Source of the DNA: Toensbergia leucococca
Lineage: Eukaryota
NCBI GenBank assembly: GCA_022813965.1
Contig: JALDZS010000003.1
Coordinates: forward strand, 310,001-344,435
Direction of reading: 5' to 3'
Length of the DNA: 34,435 nt
Shown: positions 1 through 12,172 of the stretch, one piece after another
How the letters are laid out: the number at the start of each line of letters is the position of its first letter
Position numbering within the stretch: position 1 is the stretch's first letter
Made by a program: the position numbers and the translations under genes
Notes under the pieces: generated by a model
The model's input: only the letters and a program-made list of their open reading frames with translations
What the model was told of the DNA's origin: nothing
Databases searched by the model: none

Positions 1-3000
1 CATCCGGAGCAGCAGTAACAACGAGCCCACAAGCTTTGGCCAAGCCATAAACCAATACTTGCGTTTGAGCCTCAGCAGAAATGGCGCAAGCTCTGTGAGA
101 CAGGTCTTTGAATCATGCTGTGAGATATTCTGGCTGATGTTAAAAGATATGAGAGTAATGCTCAAGGTTGGTTTTAGCTCACATCGCCTCTTTTCTACAG
201 ATATCTCTAATCATATGACCACAGAGAGAAATTGAAGTTTTTTTGAAAGAAATATACCTTGCCATCCTCGACCGTAAGAACGCACCAAGCTTCCAAAAAC
301 TCTATATCATGAAGATCTTGAGGCGATCTGCTACCTATCCGAGAGCGTTGGTAGAGATGTATCTCAATTACGATTGTGACCGGACAGCACTGGACAACAT
401 GTTTCAGCGAATCATCGAGCATCTTTCAAGAATATCAAGCACTCCTGTCCTTGCTACACCGTTACAGCAGCAGCAATACCAGGAGCAACAAGCCAAAGAA
501 GCAGACGCAGATCTTGACTGGCACGAGCATGGAAATCTTCCACCGTCCCTAACTACAGCCTCTTTCAATACGCCATGGAACCATGAGTGGGACTTACCAG
601 TGGAATTCATCATGAAGCAACAGTCGCTTGAATGCTTGATTCGTATTTTGCGATCCCTTGTCAACTGGTCTCAAGATAACATCGCGGCTACTGCAGCCAA
701 ACTTCAAGACCTCGCTTCCAGACATTCCTCTGATGGGCCAAGAGACTCTCTCGACCCAGGACAGTATACAGGCTCCCCGAGGGTATCTGCCGCAGACACA
801 CCGACTATTCCATCAACCCCGATGCTGGAAGACGATCCTAGTCAACTTGAGAAAGCAAAACACCGCAAGACCGCTCTTACTAATGGTATCCGACAATTCA
901 ATTTCAAGCCAAAACGTGGTATCAAGCTGCTTTTGAGTGACGGGTTCATCAAAAGCGAATCCCCCGAAGACATTGCAAGCTTCATCATACAAAACGATCT
1001 TGACAAAACTATGGTTGGCGAGTACCTTGGTGATGGTGAGCCCGAGAACGTCGCAATCATGCATGCCTTTGTGGATTCGATGGATTTCGCCAGAAAGAAA
1101 TTCGTTGATGCTCTTAGACAATTTCTACAGGCGTTTCGTCTCCCTGGCGAGGCGCAAAAGATTGATCGGTTCATGTTGAAGTTTGCAGAGCGCTACATTA
1201 CTGGCAATCCGAGCGTCTTTGCCAATGCTGACACTGCATACGTGCTGGCGTATTCCGTTATCATGCTAAACACAGATCAACACAGCGGCAACGTCAAAAA
1301 AAGAATGAACAAAGGTGACTTCCTTAAGAACAACAAAGGCATAGACGATAATGCCGATCTTTCTGATGAGTTCCTTGGGGAGATTTTTGATGAGATTGCG
1401 CATAATGAGATTGTCCTTTACACAGAGCGAGAGACGGCCTCTGCTATGGGCTTAGCATCACAACCTAGCACTGGTGGGATAGCTTCCAGAGCTGGCCAAG
1501 CATTTCTGACGGCGACACGCGACACTCAGAGACAAGTCTATGCCCAGGCAGCCGAGGAGATGTCCACCAAAGCTGAGCAACGTATACGAAATTTAATGCG
1601 AGTGCAGCGAAGGACGACTTCAAAACAACAACAGTCAATCTACATTCCCGCAACATCTTTCAAGCACGTTGGACCAATGTTTGAGGTTACATGGATGTCA
1701 TTCTTATCTGGTCTCTCTGGTCAGATGCATGATGCTCAGAATATTGAGACCATCAAATTATGCATGGAAGGGCTTAAACTGGCGATTCGGATTGCATGTC
1801 TATTTGATCTCGAAACTCCTCGTGTAGCATTTGTTACTGCGCTAGCTAAGTTTACTAATCTTGGTAATCTACGTGAGATGATGGCAAAAAATGTGGAGGC
1901 ATTGAAAATCTTACTCGAAGTTGCACAGACGGAGGGTAATATGCTAAAGAGCTCATGGCGAGATGTTCTGACGTGTATCAGTCAGCTGGACCGGTTTCAG
2001 CTGATATCTGGAGGAGTTGACGAAGGAGTGCTTCCGGACGTCTTAAAAGCTCGGATTGTGACGCCAGCAAGAGGTCAGTCAAACGCTTCTCGACGATCCA
2101 TGCAAGGGTCTAGACGATTGCGGCCGCCAGCCAGCGTGGGTAATTCTACCTACCACCTTGATGTAGTCGAAGAGAGCCGGTCAAGCGACATGATAAAGGG
2201 CGTAGACCGGATCTTTACAAGCACAGCGGATTTATCAGGAGATGCTATTGTACATTTCGTTCGCGCGTTGAGCGAAGTCAGTTGGGAAGAGATACAGTCT
2301 TCCGGACAAAGCGATTCCCCTCGTACATACAGTCTACAGAAACTCGTTGAGATAAGTTACTACAACATGACACGAGTAAGGTTTGAATGGACGAATATCT
2401 GGCAAGTACTGGGGGAGCACTTCAATGAAGTTGGATGCCATTCTAATACTAATGTGGTTTTCTTTGCACTGGATTCTCTACGACAATTGTCCATGCGTTT
2501 CATGGAAATTGAGGAGTTGCCTGGGTTTAAATTCCAGAAAGACTTTCTGAGGCCCTTTGAGCATGTCCTGGCGAATAGCTCGGCCGTGACAGTCAAGGAC
2601 ATGGTCCTCCGGTGTCTGATTCAGATGATACAAGCACGAGGGGAGAACATTCGATCTGGATGGAAAACCATGTTCGGAGTCTTTACTGTGGCTGCTAGGG
2701 AACCCTACGGTATGTTGCAACATCGTTCAATGAACAATACTAAGAATGACATAGAGGCCATTGTAAATCTTGCATTCGATCACGTTACTCAGGTATATAA
2801 CACTCGTTTTGGCGTCGTCATATCACAAGGAGCCTTCGTCGATCTGATAGTCTGCTTGACCGAGTTCTCCAAAAATCTCAAATTTCAAAAGAAAGCTTTA
2901 CAGGCTATAGACACGATCAAGTCTACCGTTCCACGAATGCTCCGAACTCCCGAGTGCCCTCTCTCGCATCGGTCTGCTTCGTATCAGGCTGGATTGAGCC

Positions 3001-4664
3001 AAGAGAATGCTACTGTTTCCAAGCAGCTCAGTAGGCAAACGCAAGAGGAGCAATTCTGGTTTCCCGTTCTGTTTGCATTTCACGATGTTCTAATGACAGG
3101 CGATGATCTTGAAGTTCGATCGCAGTAAGTCCCAAACCCGAGACAAAGAAACATCCATTGACTCCAATTACAGAGCACTTAATTACCTTTTCGACACCCT
3201 TATCAATTACGGGGGTGATTTTCCTGCGGATTTTTGGGATACCCTCTGGCGGCAATTACTATTTCCAATCTTCATGGTCTTGAGTTCAAAGACCGAGATG
3301 TCAAAAGTTCTGAATCATGAAGACCTTTCTGTTTGGCTGTCCACCACCATGATCCAAGCACTACGGAACATGATCACCCTCTTCACCCACTACTTTGAAT
3401 CATTGCAGTACATGCTCAACCGATTTTTGGATCTTCTAGCATTGTGCATTGTGCAAGAGAACGACACTATCTCGCGAATCGGAAGTAATTGCTTGCAGCA
3501 GTTGATTCTACAGAATGTGACCAAATTTCAACCAGAGGACTGGAGCAGGATAGTGGCCGCCTTTGTCGATTTATTCGACCGTACGACCGCATACCAGCTC
3601 TTTTCCGCCGCCACTTCATCGGTGGATTCGTCAAATTTCTATGAAGCAAATAGCCATCGAAGCGTATCCGATTCTATCAATATCAACGACCTTCCTCTTA
3701 CCGGCGCCCCCGCCGATGAGGTACCTTCAAGTCCTCCCCCAGGTAGTCTCATGATCGATGGTGTACACTCATCATCCGATCGCAATGATGATACGACTGA
3801 CTCTGGCTCATTGCATCAATCGACATCTCCTACGACCAAGTCCTCGTCTGCAGCGTCCGAATTCGAGGGCTACCGTCCGCAACAGGGCTTACAGCAACAA
3901 CCGGTAGTAGTCACAACGGCCCGTCGTCGATTCTTCAACCACATCATAACTCGTTGTGTCTTGCAGTTACTGATGATAGAAACGGTGAATGAGCTGTTTT
4001 CCAATGACGCCGTATATGCTCAGATCCCAAGCTCAGAGCTACTACGACTGATGATGCTGTTGAAGAACAGTTACTCGTTTGCGAAAAAGTTCAACAGTAA
4101 TAAAGAGCTACGGATGAAGTTATGGAAGGAGGGATTCATGAAGCAACCCCCAAATCTATTGAAGCAAGAAAGCGGAAGTGCAGCGACCTATGTCAGTATT
4201 CTGGTCCGGATGTATCACGACGAAGGAGAAGAACGAAGAAGGAGCCGAGCCGAGACAGAGGCTGCTTTAATCCCGTGGGTAATACCAAATCCAATGACAG
4301 ACTCGAGATGCTAATTCAAGTTAGACTTTGTGCAGATATAATCCGAGGCTATGTCTCGTTGGATGACACGCAGCCGCGGAACATCGAGGCTTGGAGGCCT
4401 GTTGTTGTGGATGTCATGGAAGGCTATAACAATTTCCCACGAGGAGACTTCGAAAAACACATTGACACCTTCTATCCGCTCGCCGTCGATCTTCTCAATC
4501 GGGAGCCCGGTGTCGATGTACGGATAGCTTTACAAACGTTGCTTCGGCGTATTGGGGAGATTCGAATGGGCATGGCACTCGCTCAGACGCCAAGTCAAAT
4601 TCCAACCAGCCCTCGAAGCGTGTCATCGACGTATTTCAGTCGAAGAACGAGTCGTGGTAGATGA
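1..4664 (+). CDS. SEC7: Sec7/BIG-family Arf guanine nucleotide exchange factor, 5' end outside window. Predicted exons <1-166, 225-2709, 2755-3124, 3174-4274, 4325-4664
   Basis: Sec7 catalytic domain motifs FNFKPKRGIK, FRLPGEAQKIDRFMLKFAERY and YVLAYSVIMLNTDQHS; HDS regions (FSLQKLVEISYYNM-like, FALDSLRQLSMRF, NIRSGWK). Four GT-AG introns (167-224, 2710-2754, 3125-3173, 4275-4324) join the ORF pieces in frame (MLK|REIEVFL, REPY|EAIV, VRSQ|ALNY, LIP|LCADII). Stop TGA at 4662-4664. Confidence 0.97.
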
Positions 4665-5195
4665 TGGAGGACTCACTTGATCTTTGCTTCGCTATGAAGA
4701 GTGCTATGCATTTTAGCGGCATTATTTGGGATGAATTGCAGATAATGCACAGGGTGGACACATCTGAAGGAATGTATGGACGGGGAAATGTCAAGGCTCT
4801 TTCACATAGGACAGTGTATATTAGATATTCCAAGAGATATAAAAGGATGTTGTGGAAGTGGCGTGATCTTCTTTAATGGAGTACCTACTCGTACGGATAC
4901 GGAATACGGAATACCTTGGTCCCCTATCCGTAAGATGGCCTATGATGCCATGGTGCGTCCATGCGCCGATTGCTGCATCTTGTGCCAAGAAATGAACCTT
5001 CAAGTCCATCCGCCAAGTGGTGTAGCCAAGGCATTGGGGTAGCACCCACAAGGAGGCACGAGGTGTTTTACCTGATGGAGACATGACTCACCACTTCTTC
5101 TTTTCCTTCACCTTACTATACTCCAATCTCCATTAGCTGTCTGTCTTGAGTCCTGTTCCTTCAACCACTGACAACGCGAGCTCTGCGCTACCATC

Positions 5196-7879
5196 ATGGC
5201 TTCTCCGCCTGAAGGTGAAGATCGTCGATCCTTCTCAGAGAAGCTCAAGCATCCATTCTCCGAGCTTCACGATCAACTGAAAGGTTGATCAATCTCTACC
5301 ATTGATGCTTCGGTAGCTGACTAGATCGACCGCTTTAGATACCCATCTACACGATGTCAAAGTCAAGGCTACACATATGAAGGCAAAACTTGGCAAATTC
5401 CATAACCTCATCAATCCCAATCATCGACATGACGAAGCACATGAGAAGGCAACCGACGAAAAGCGCACCCGAATCGCCGAGAGCCATCGCTTCGAGTCTT
5501 TTGCTCCGGAGAGGGATGGCAATAACATCAAGTGGTATGTCGATGGAAGGGACTATTTCTGGGCTGTTTCGGTCGCTCTGGAAAAGGCAAAGGAAACGAT
5601 TTACATTGCCGATTGGTGGTTAAGTCCAGAGCTGTTCCTCAGGCGGCCCCCTTACTACAACCAGGAATGGAGGCTGGACCAAGTCTTGAAGAGACGGGCA
5701 GAGGCAGGTGTCAAGATCTATGTCATAGTCTACAAAGAGGTTGAAGCCGCCGTGACCTGCAACAGCGCTCATACCAAGCACGCACTCGATGCATTGTGTC
5801 CTGAGGGAAAACCAGGACATGGGAACATTTCTGTCATGAGACATCCAGACCACAACGTTTTCGAGAATGCTAGCGATATGACCTTTTACTGGGCTCATCA
5901 TGAAAAATTCATCGTTATTGACTATGCCCTCGCTTTTATTGGTGGATTGGATCTCTGCTTCGGGAGGTGGGACAGTCGACAGCATCCTCTCTCAGACGTG
6001 CATCCTGCAGGAGTACAGAATGAAGTTTTCCCTGGTCAGGATTTCAACAATAACCGCATCTTGGATTTCCAGAAGGTAGAGGATTGGAAGTCGAATCAAC
6101 TGAGCAAAGCAGACTTTGGTCGCATGCCCTGGCATGACGTTGCAATGGCCGTAATTGGAGACTGTATTTACGATATCGCAGAGCACTTTGTCTTACGATG
6201 GAATTTTGTTAAGCGCGACAAATACAAACGAGATGAATGTTTTGACTGGCTGACGTTACAAGGCCGCGAAGGAGAAAATGAGGATTTAGTGGCAGTGCAG
6301 AGGCCAAAGTTTCCGGTGGGTGATTACATCCATCATCCTCTTTCCCCACTAGAGAACCGGCCTTGGGCACACGAGCATCAGGGCACAATCCACGCGCAAG
6401 TTGTCCGAAGCTCCGCCGACTGGAGCAGTGGCATTTTGACCGAGCATAGCATTCAGAATGCATACTCGGAGGTAATCAGAAACGCAATGCACTATGTCTA
6501 TATTGAAAATCAATTCTTTATCACCGCTACAGGCGAGGCGCAGCAACCGGTACACAACACTATTGGCAGGGCGATTGTGGATGCAGTCGTGAGAGCCGGA
6601 AAAGAAGGTAGAAAATTCCGGGTCATTATAGTTATCCCAGCAATCCCCGGATTTGCTGGCGATTTGAGAGAAGATGCTGCCATGGGCACGCGTGCCATCA
6701 TGGATTACCAGTTCAAGTCGATCCATCGCGGTGATAACTCGATATATGGCCAGGTTTTGGCCGAAGGGGTCGATCCCAAAAAATATATATTTGTATTCAA
6801 TCTTCGAGCTTTTGATCGTCTCAACAAGACCCAAGGTATGATCGAACAAGAAGAGAAGTCAGGTGTAAAGTATCAAGAAGTACAGCAAGCCGAAGCGGCA
6901 GAAATAATGGGAGGGACTGTGCACGGCGTTAAAAGTGATGATTCTGGTGACGAAGAAAGGGAGAGGATAGTGGACCAGAAGAGAAGATTTGAAGCACACT
7001 CTGATGAACAAGGTCATGGTGGGAAGCAGCCGGCAAGCATCGACAGTATTGCCCAAACAACCATGCTCAACGGGGGCAAAGTATCGCAACAGGAATGGGA
7101 CGGCGACCTCGAACAGGAGAAAGAAAACTTCGTCCAGGAGGAATTGTATATCCATGGAAAGGTGTGCATTGTTGATGATCGGACTGTGATATGCGGTAGC
7201 TCGAATATCAACGATCGGGTATGGTGTTTGGATAGAATCATATGAAGATGAAATGCTGACATGTCTAGTCACAAATGGGCCTCCATGACAGCGAGCTCTC
7301 GATCGTGATGGAAGATTATAGTTACTTGGACAGCACAATGGACGGTCAACCATACAAGGCCGGGAAGCATGCAGCAACACTTCGACGTATGCTATGGCGG
7401 GAACATCTCGGCTTGCTCCCGGCCCAAGATATGGACGCTGCCAACGACCCCAACGCGCAACCTCCCGACGTATGCCCGAATGACGCGCAGGAGGGAGCAG
7501 AGTATGAGTTTGTGGCAGATCCATTGAGTGACCGGGTCTGGGATATGTGGACGGGAAATGCAACACGAAACACGGATCTTTACCGGCATCTATTCCGAGC
7601 GGATCCAGACGATTACAGTAGGTAGCACGTTGAGCGTGTTATCATTATTGCTAACTGGATGCAGTCAAAACATTTGAGGACTATCAAAACTTCCTTCCCA
7701 AGACCAACATCAAACAAGGACATCTCCATGACCCGTTCATGCCGGCAGATGAAGTCCGAGGCAAGTTGGATGAAATCAAGGGTCATCTTGTTTGGATGCC
7801 CCTGGAATTTCTGAAGGATGCGGAGATGGCGGAGAAGGGGATGCAAGTCAATGCGTACACGGAGAGCATTTACACTTAA
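5196..7879 (+). CDS. pldA: Phospholipase D, short fungal PldA-like type without an N-terminal PX/PH region, ~843 aa. Exons 5196-5283, 5339-7218, 7269-7617, 7665-7879
   Basis: Two HKD motifs (HHEKFIVID, HGKVCIVDD...GSSNINDRS), plus WYVDGRDYFWAVS, DWWLSPELFLRRP, RMPWHD and YIENQFF. C-terminus ...AYTESIYT*. Introns 5284-5338, 7219-7268 and 7618-7664 restore the frame. The symbol reflects subfamily resemblance, not tested orthology. Confidence 0.95.
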
Positions 7880-9594
7880 TGACTCAATAGGCTTGGATGA
7901 GAGAGTTGGTATACCCGCATGCATTGATAGTGGTAGCACGCACTTGGCAGTCAGCATGATTAGCTAGGTATCAACGGTGTGGTTCATTGTGGTACGAGTA
8001 GGCATGGTGCATTCGGGACTTGTGTCCGAGTGGCAGCGTGCATGAGGCAGGCATGGATTGAAGACATCAAACAGCCGTGATTTCCAACACAGCAGGACGG
8101 ACGGATTTCTAAGTTCAAGTTACGGAATGTAAATGTCATGTCCCCTTATCTCGGTGGAGATGGCAGGATTTGGACATATATCGGTGGCGGCATCAATGAA
8201 GCCACAACTTCCACCAAAGGATTAGGGTTGACCGTGACATGTGTCAAAACGACTGAGGTGTCGACTAGATTGGAGGCTCATTGGACAGTGAAGCGAAAGT
8301 GGCTTTTTGGGATCAGAGAGTGGCATGCTCCGTAAAGTAAAGTAGGCCGTTGTCAGGGAGTCAGGGAATGAAGCCCATTTGCTAAGAGTAAGAGCACTCA
8401 TATTGTAATTGCTACTGGCCAAGGTAACAACTCATGTGATTGATCTCTAATGCGGCTCTAGCTTCAGTGGGCGTGCCCTAAGCTACCTTACCTTAGCCCT
8501 GGGCTGAAGCCTTGCCTGGTGGCAGAACCTTAGGGCCACTCGGGCCATTTCATCTTTTGTGGTGCGACAGATGCCTGTCAATATTTAGTGTCATGCACGA
8601 GGCCCTTTCTGGTGTTTCTCCTTTCTCCTTTCTCCATTCCACAACCACGGTTCTGACCTCGCGCCATCACCGCAAGCAACGCCAGATCGACCCAGATATC
8701 TGTCTTACTACCATGTCTCCCGTTTCCATATTCTCTAGCTATCTGGTATCAGTATCATTGATCTGATGTGTCCACCCTTGGCATATCACACGTTTTCCTG
8801 TATTCTGCTCGTGTCTGGTTAGAGTTCCCCTAGTCATTGTCCCCGTCACCACCACCACCATCATCGCCCTGATCCCCCTCTCACCGCCATATCAGGCTTG
8901 AGCTCATCTAGCCAAGCTCCTTCCACGCTACTCGCGGCAGAAGTCATGTCTGTACCGGCTCTGTATCATTGGCCATTAGACGCGGAGCAGCTTCATCCTC
9001 TTTTTGACAGGGAATGGACCCAGGTGCCAGTCCATTCGCTTTTCGCTTCAACCTGTCATTTTTCCCGTCATCCGTCTTTCCCATTCCTTCCAACACCGAG
9101 GCTTGAAAATCACCCCATCTATCTGTCATGGCTATTACGAGGCGGGAATCTTTCCTATACGCTGTGCAGCCGTGTGGTACAGCGGTAGCAGGTAGACTTC
9201 TCTGGGATTATGGCTGAGAGATCGAGCGTTAGCCATAGTGCCATTGACCATTCACTAGCTAGGAAGAATTGTTACCATTCACCCTAGGTAGGTATGGTCC
9301 GCTTCATGGGCACCTTCCTTTGGCTACTTGAACTTTCCACTTTTCGTCTCGACTTCTTTACATCCTCCTTCTCACCCAAATAACGTCTTCAGCAAGAGAC
9401 ATCTACCTGCAGTTCCTTTACTCTGTTCCCATCTACCCACAGTTTTCCAGACCAAGACCTCGAAACATACCCCTATTGAAACCACACTCCACTCAACCCA
9501 GTAAGTCTCCCTCAGTACTCCAGTACTCCCTTTATACTTTCACTAAGAACCTTTTCACTAAATAGCTGTCTTCCCTCCGACCAAATCGACCAGA

Positions 9595-9756
9595 ATGTGT
9601 GACCACGTTTGGGGCTTTCTACTATCGGAAACCACCATGTTACAATTTGAATGTCAAATGTGTCATTCGGGTCCCCACAGGCTAATAAGAGTATGCAAAC
9701 TGTGTGGCATGAAGGTCTGTAATCCTTGCAAGGAAAAATGTCAGACCACAGCTTGA
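9595..9756 (+). CDS. 53-aa Cys/His-rich putative zinc-binding microprotein MCDHVWGFLLSETTMLQFECQMCHSGPHRLIRVCKLCGMKVCNPCKEKCQTTA
   Basis: Manual translation from ATG 9595 to TGA 9754-9756. Pattern CxHxW...CxxC...CxxC...CxxC. An intron-like segment lies just upstream (GTAAGT 9501, CTAA branch-like motifs, TAG 9563-9565), and the upstream exon has no in-frame ATG, consistent with a 5'UTR intron. Below the 60-aa ORF cutoff. Confidence 0.7.
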   Translation: MCDHVWGFLLSETTMLQFECQMCHSGPHRLIRVCKLCGMKVCNPCKEKCQTTA

Positions 9757-11253
9757 ACCATGCTATGGGAAGCTGCAAGTCGATGCTGGGTCAGGACTTT
9801 CTCGAGGATTTGGTCAGCGAGGTCGAAGGCGGTGGTTATCTGTGTTGTTTGTCTACATGCCTCTAAGTATTCCATCCCAGGACGGATTTGCAATGGCAAG
9901 ATTGAGGAGCTAATCTTCACCCAGATTATCTCCAGCTTCATTGTTCCATTATTCCTCCGTCTCCCTGTACGACGTTCATTCATGTCTTATCTCAGATACT
10001 TAGCCAATGATTCTGTTACGAAGGCTTCATTTCAGAGCCAGATAATCATACTCTCCTACATCAATTCGTTCCACCCCGTTCTATTCTATACATCTCACTT
10101 CAACCACACTGCGCAACCAGATCCATCAGAGCACTTATAGAAAAGTTCAATGTGGCGGCCAAACAATGATAGAAGAACAAGCCTCGAGGATTTTCGATCT
10201 CGAAGTCATTGAGCTGCTGATCACTAGCGATCAAAAGAATAGGCTTGCACTCCTGCATAATTCCGCCGTGCATTCACCCGCTATTCGACTCCTTAACCCA
10301 TACGAGTATGTCAGCTACAGCACTAAATGGTTCGTACCCTCTTTGTAATACCAAAGCTGCATGTACATGATTACCTACCCTCCTTTCTTTGTATCTCCGC
10401 GTTCCATCTTCATCTCTATATTCCCATTGGCATCTCCAAATTTCCCCCTCCCGTCCCTAACCCAAGCAAAGCACATACAGCTATGAATGCAATTCCAATC
10501 ACTACTGAAGTCTCGTTCTTCGGGCTCGTAGCGATATAAGACAGAATTCAGGTCAACTAGCTTTACTAGACGCCTCTTCGGCACAATTTTTTTTACGTAA
10601 GTGTCCAGAGTGATCAGTCACCTGGGATTGATATCTCGATTACGCATCTCTTTTCTACAATGTCTTTGTTAGGATAGTGGTGCAGAAAAAGGCATGACAT
10701 TTCATATCTCTACCTTCAACAAACCCCATTGTCGCCAACAAAGAAACCCAAGACCCTCTGACCCAACTACAAATACCTCCCTTTGCACACCTTCCCAGTC
10801 AATCATTCATCCATCCATCCATCCCCTCTCACCTCTTCCCCCCCCTTTTTCCATCTTCCCACCCCACCCTCCCCATCCATTGACCTCCTCACACCCCACC
10901 CCACCCCTTCAAGAAAAAAATGTGCGTGTACATGCGTACAATCCACCCCTTCAATCACTACACTACACACATAAGCCTCGTTCGCGAATGTGGCTATGCG
11001 CTGCGCGGTTTTGCTCTGCTTTGTAGAGACGATTGCCGGGACGGAGGAGTGTGAGGGGTCCGGGGGGTGCTTGACGCGCTTTTATGCAAGGGTTGGTGGG
11101 TGAGGTCGTCTGGGGTTGTGCGGCGTTTTGTCGATGGAGATTTGGGGGGGTTGACTTTGTTGCGATTTTTTTTTTCTTTCTTGCTTTCTTATTGGTTTTT
11201 GAGAGGGCTTGAGATGGATTTTTAGATGTGGTTTTTATAACCTTTTTTTGACG

Positions 11254-11991
11254 GGGGTTGAGAATGGGATTGTGAATCTTATATGTCTTGTCTATTTGCT
11301 TCTTTTGCAGTAGTTCCTTTTTTATTCTAAGTCAAGAAGTTACTGAGAGGACTTGCCATGATTAATTAGGTATTCAAGTTGTATTTTCTGATTAAGTAGT
11401 TCTGATACAAGGCTTTTTTCACTGCTCTGTTTGTTGTGATTAGACACTTTAATACTTTCAGACTTCTGAATTATTTCCCTTAACAATTGAAGAAGATGCA
11501 AAGATGCTTGAGGTTTGAATTCTGTGAGAGAGTGAGAACAAAATCTTTTATAATCTCAAGCTTATGTCTTTGAATATTAAGCATTTTTAAACAAGTACTT
11601 CTTTCTTATTGATGTCTCTCATTCAGCAGATGTACTTTCTAATTAATAAAGACACTCACAATCATTGTTTGTATCTGCTGAAAATTTCTGATGATCATAA
11701 TAACTCACACTTACATTTCTGAAGAAGAGAGTACAATATTTTGATTGATTATTTTAATATCTGAAGATGTTCTCTCTGTAGTAATTTGTTTGACAAAGGG
11801 ATGTGAAAGATTTGCTCTTTTAGTAATGATCAATTGAATTAATCTGTCATCTCTCTTATGTCATGAAGCCTTCTCTCAAGGGGGGTGATTAGTGATCAAG
11901 GTATGATGAAGTAAAGTATGTGTTTTATGAATGATTGAAGTGAAGAATCATTGTAGAATAAACAAATCTGAATGTTTGAAAGGCTGACTTC
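11254..11991. mobile_element. AT-rich, CpG-free mutated repeat relic of unknown family directly upstream of SUI2
   Basis: I see no CG dinucleotide between 11254 and ~11991, whereas the flanks have many. The ORF track shows no ORF here. Composition resembles the mutated gypsy relic at the window end. Confidence 0.45.
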
Positions 11992-12172
11992 TCGGCCCTA
12001 TGACGTTGAAATTCAATATCAATCCTAAGAGTCACAACACCGCAAAGAAATCTTTCACAGTTACGGAGTAAATCAAATCCGTAGCTTATCATTATCTCTG
12101 TCTAATAGCACCTACAATAATAGATACACCTCCGCCGTTACCTAGTGAAAGACGCAAGCAAAGACTGCAATC

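Noticed and set aside
207..7957. Numerous antisense and alternate-frame ORFs overlapping SEC7 and PLD
   Set aside because: Shadow ORFs of conserved coding sequence with no independent evidence.
8138..9195. Several 60-96 aa ORFs downstream of the PLD gene
   Set aside because: No recognisable motifs and no consistent spliced model could be built.
10100..10584. Protein-like minus-strand fragments (LVKLVDLNSVLYRYEPEE..., MQECKPILLIASDQQL...)
   Set aside because: Possibly a gene remnant, but I cannot assign a family or join the pieces.
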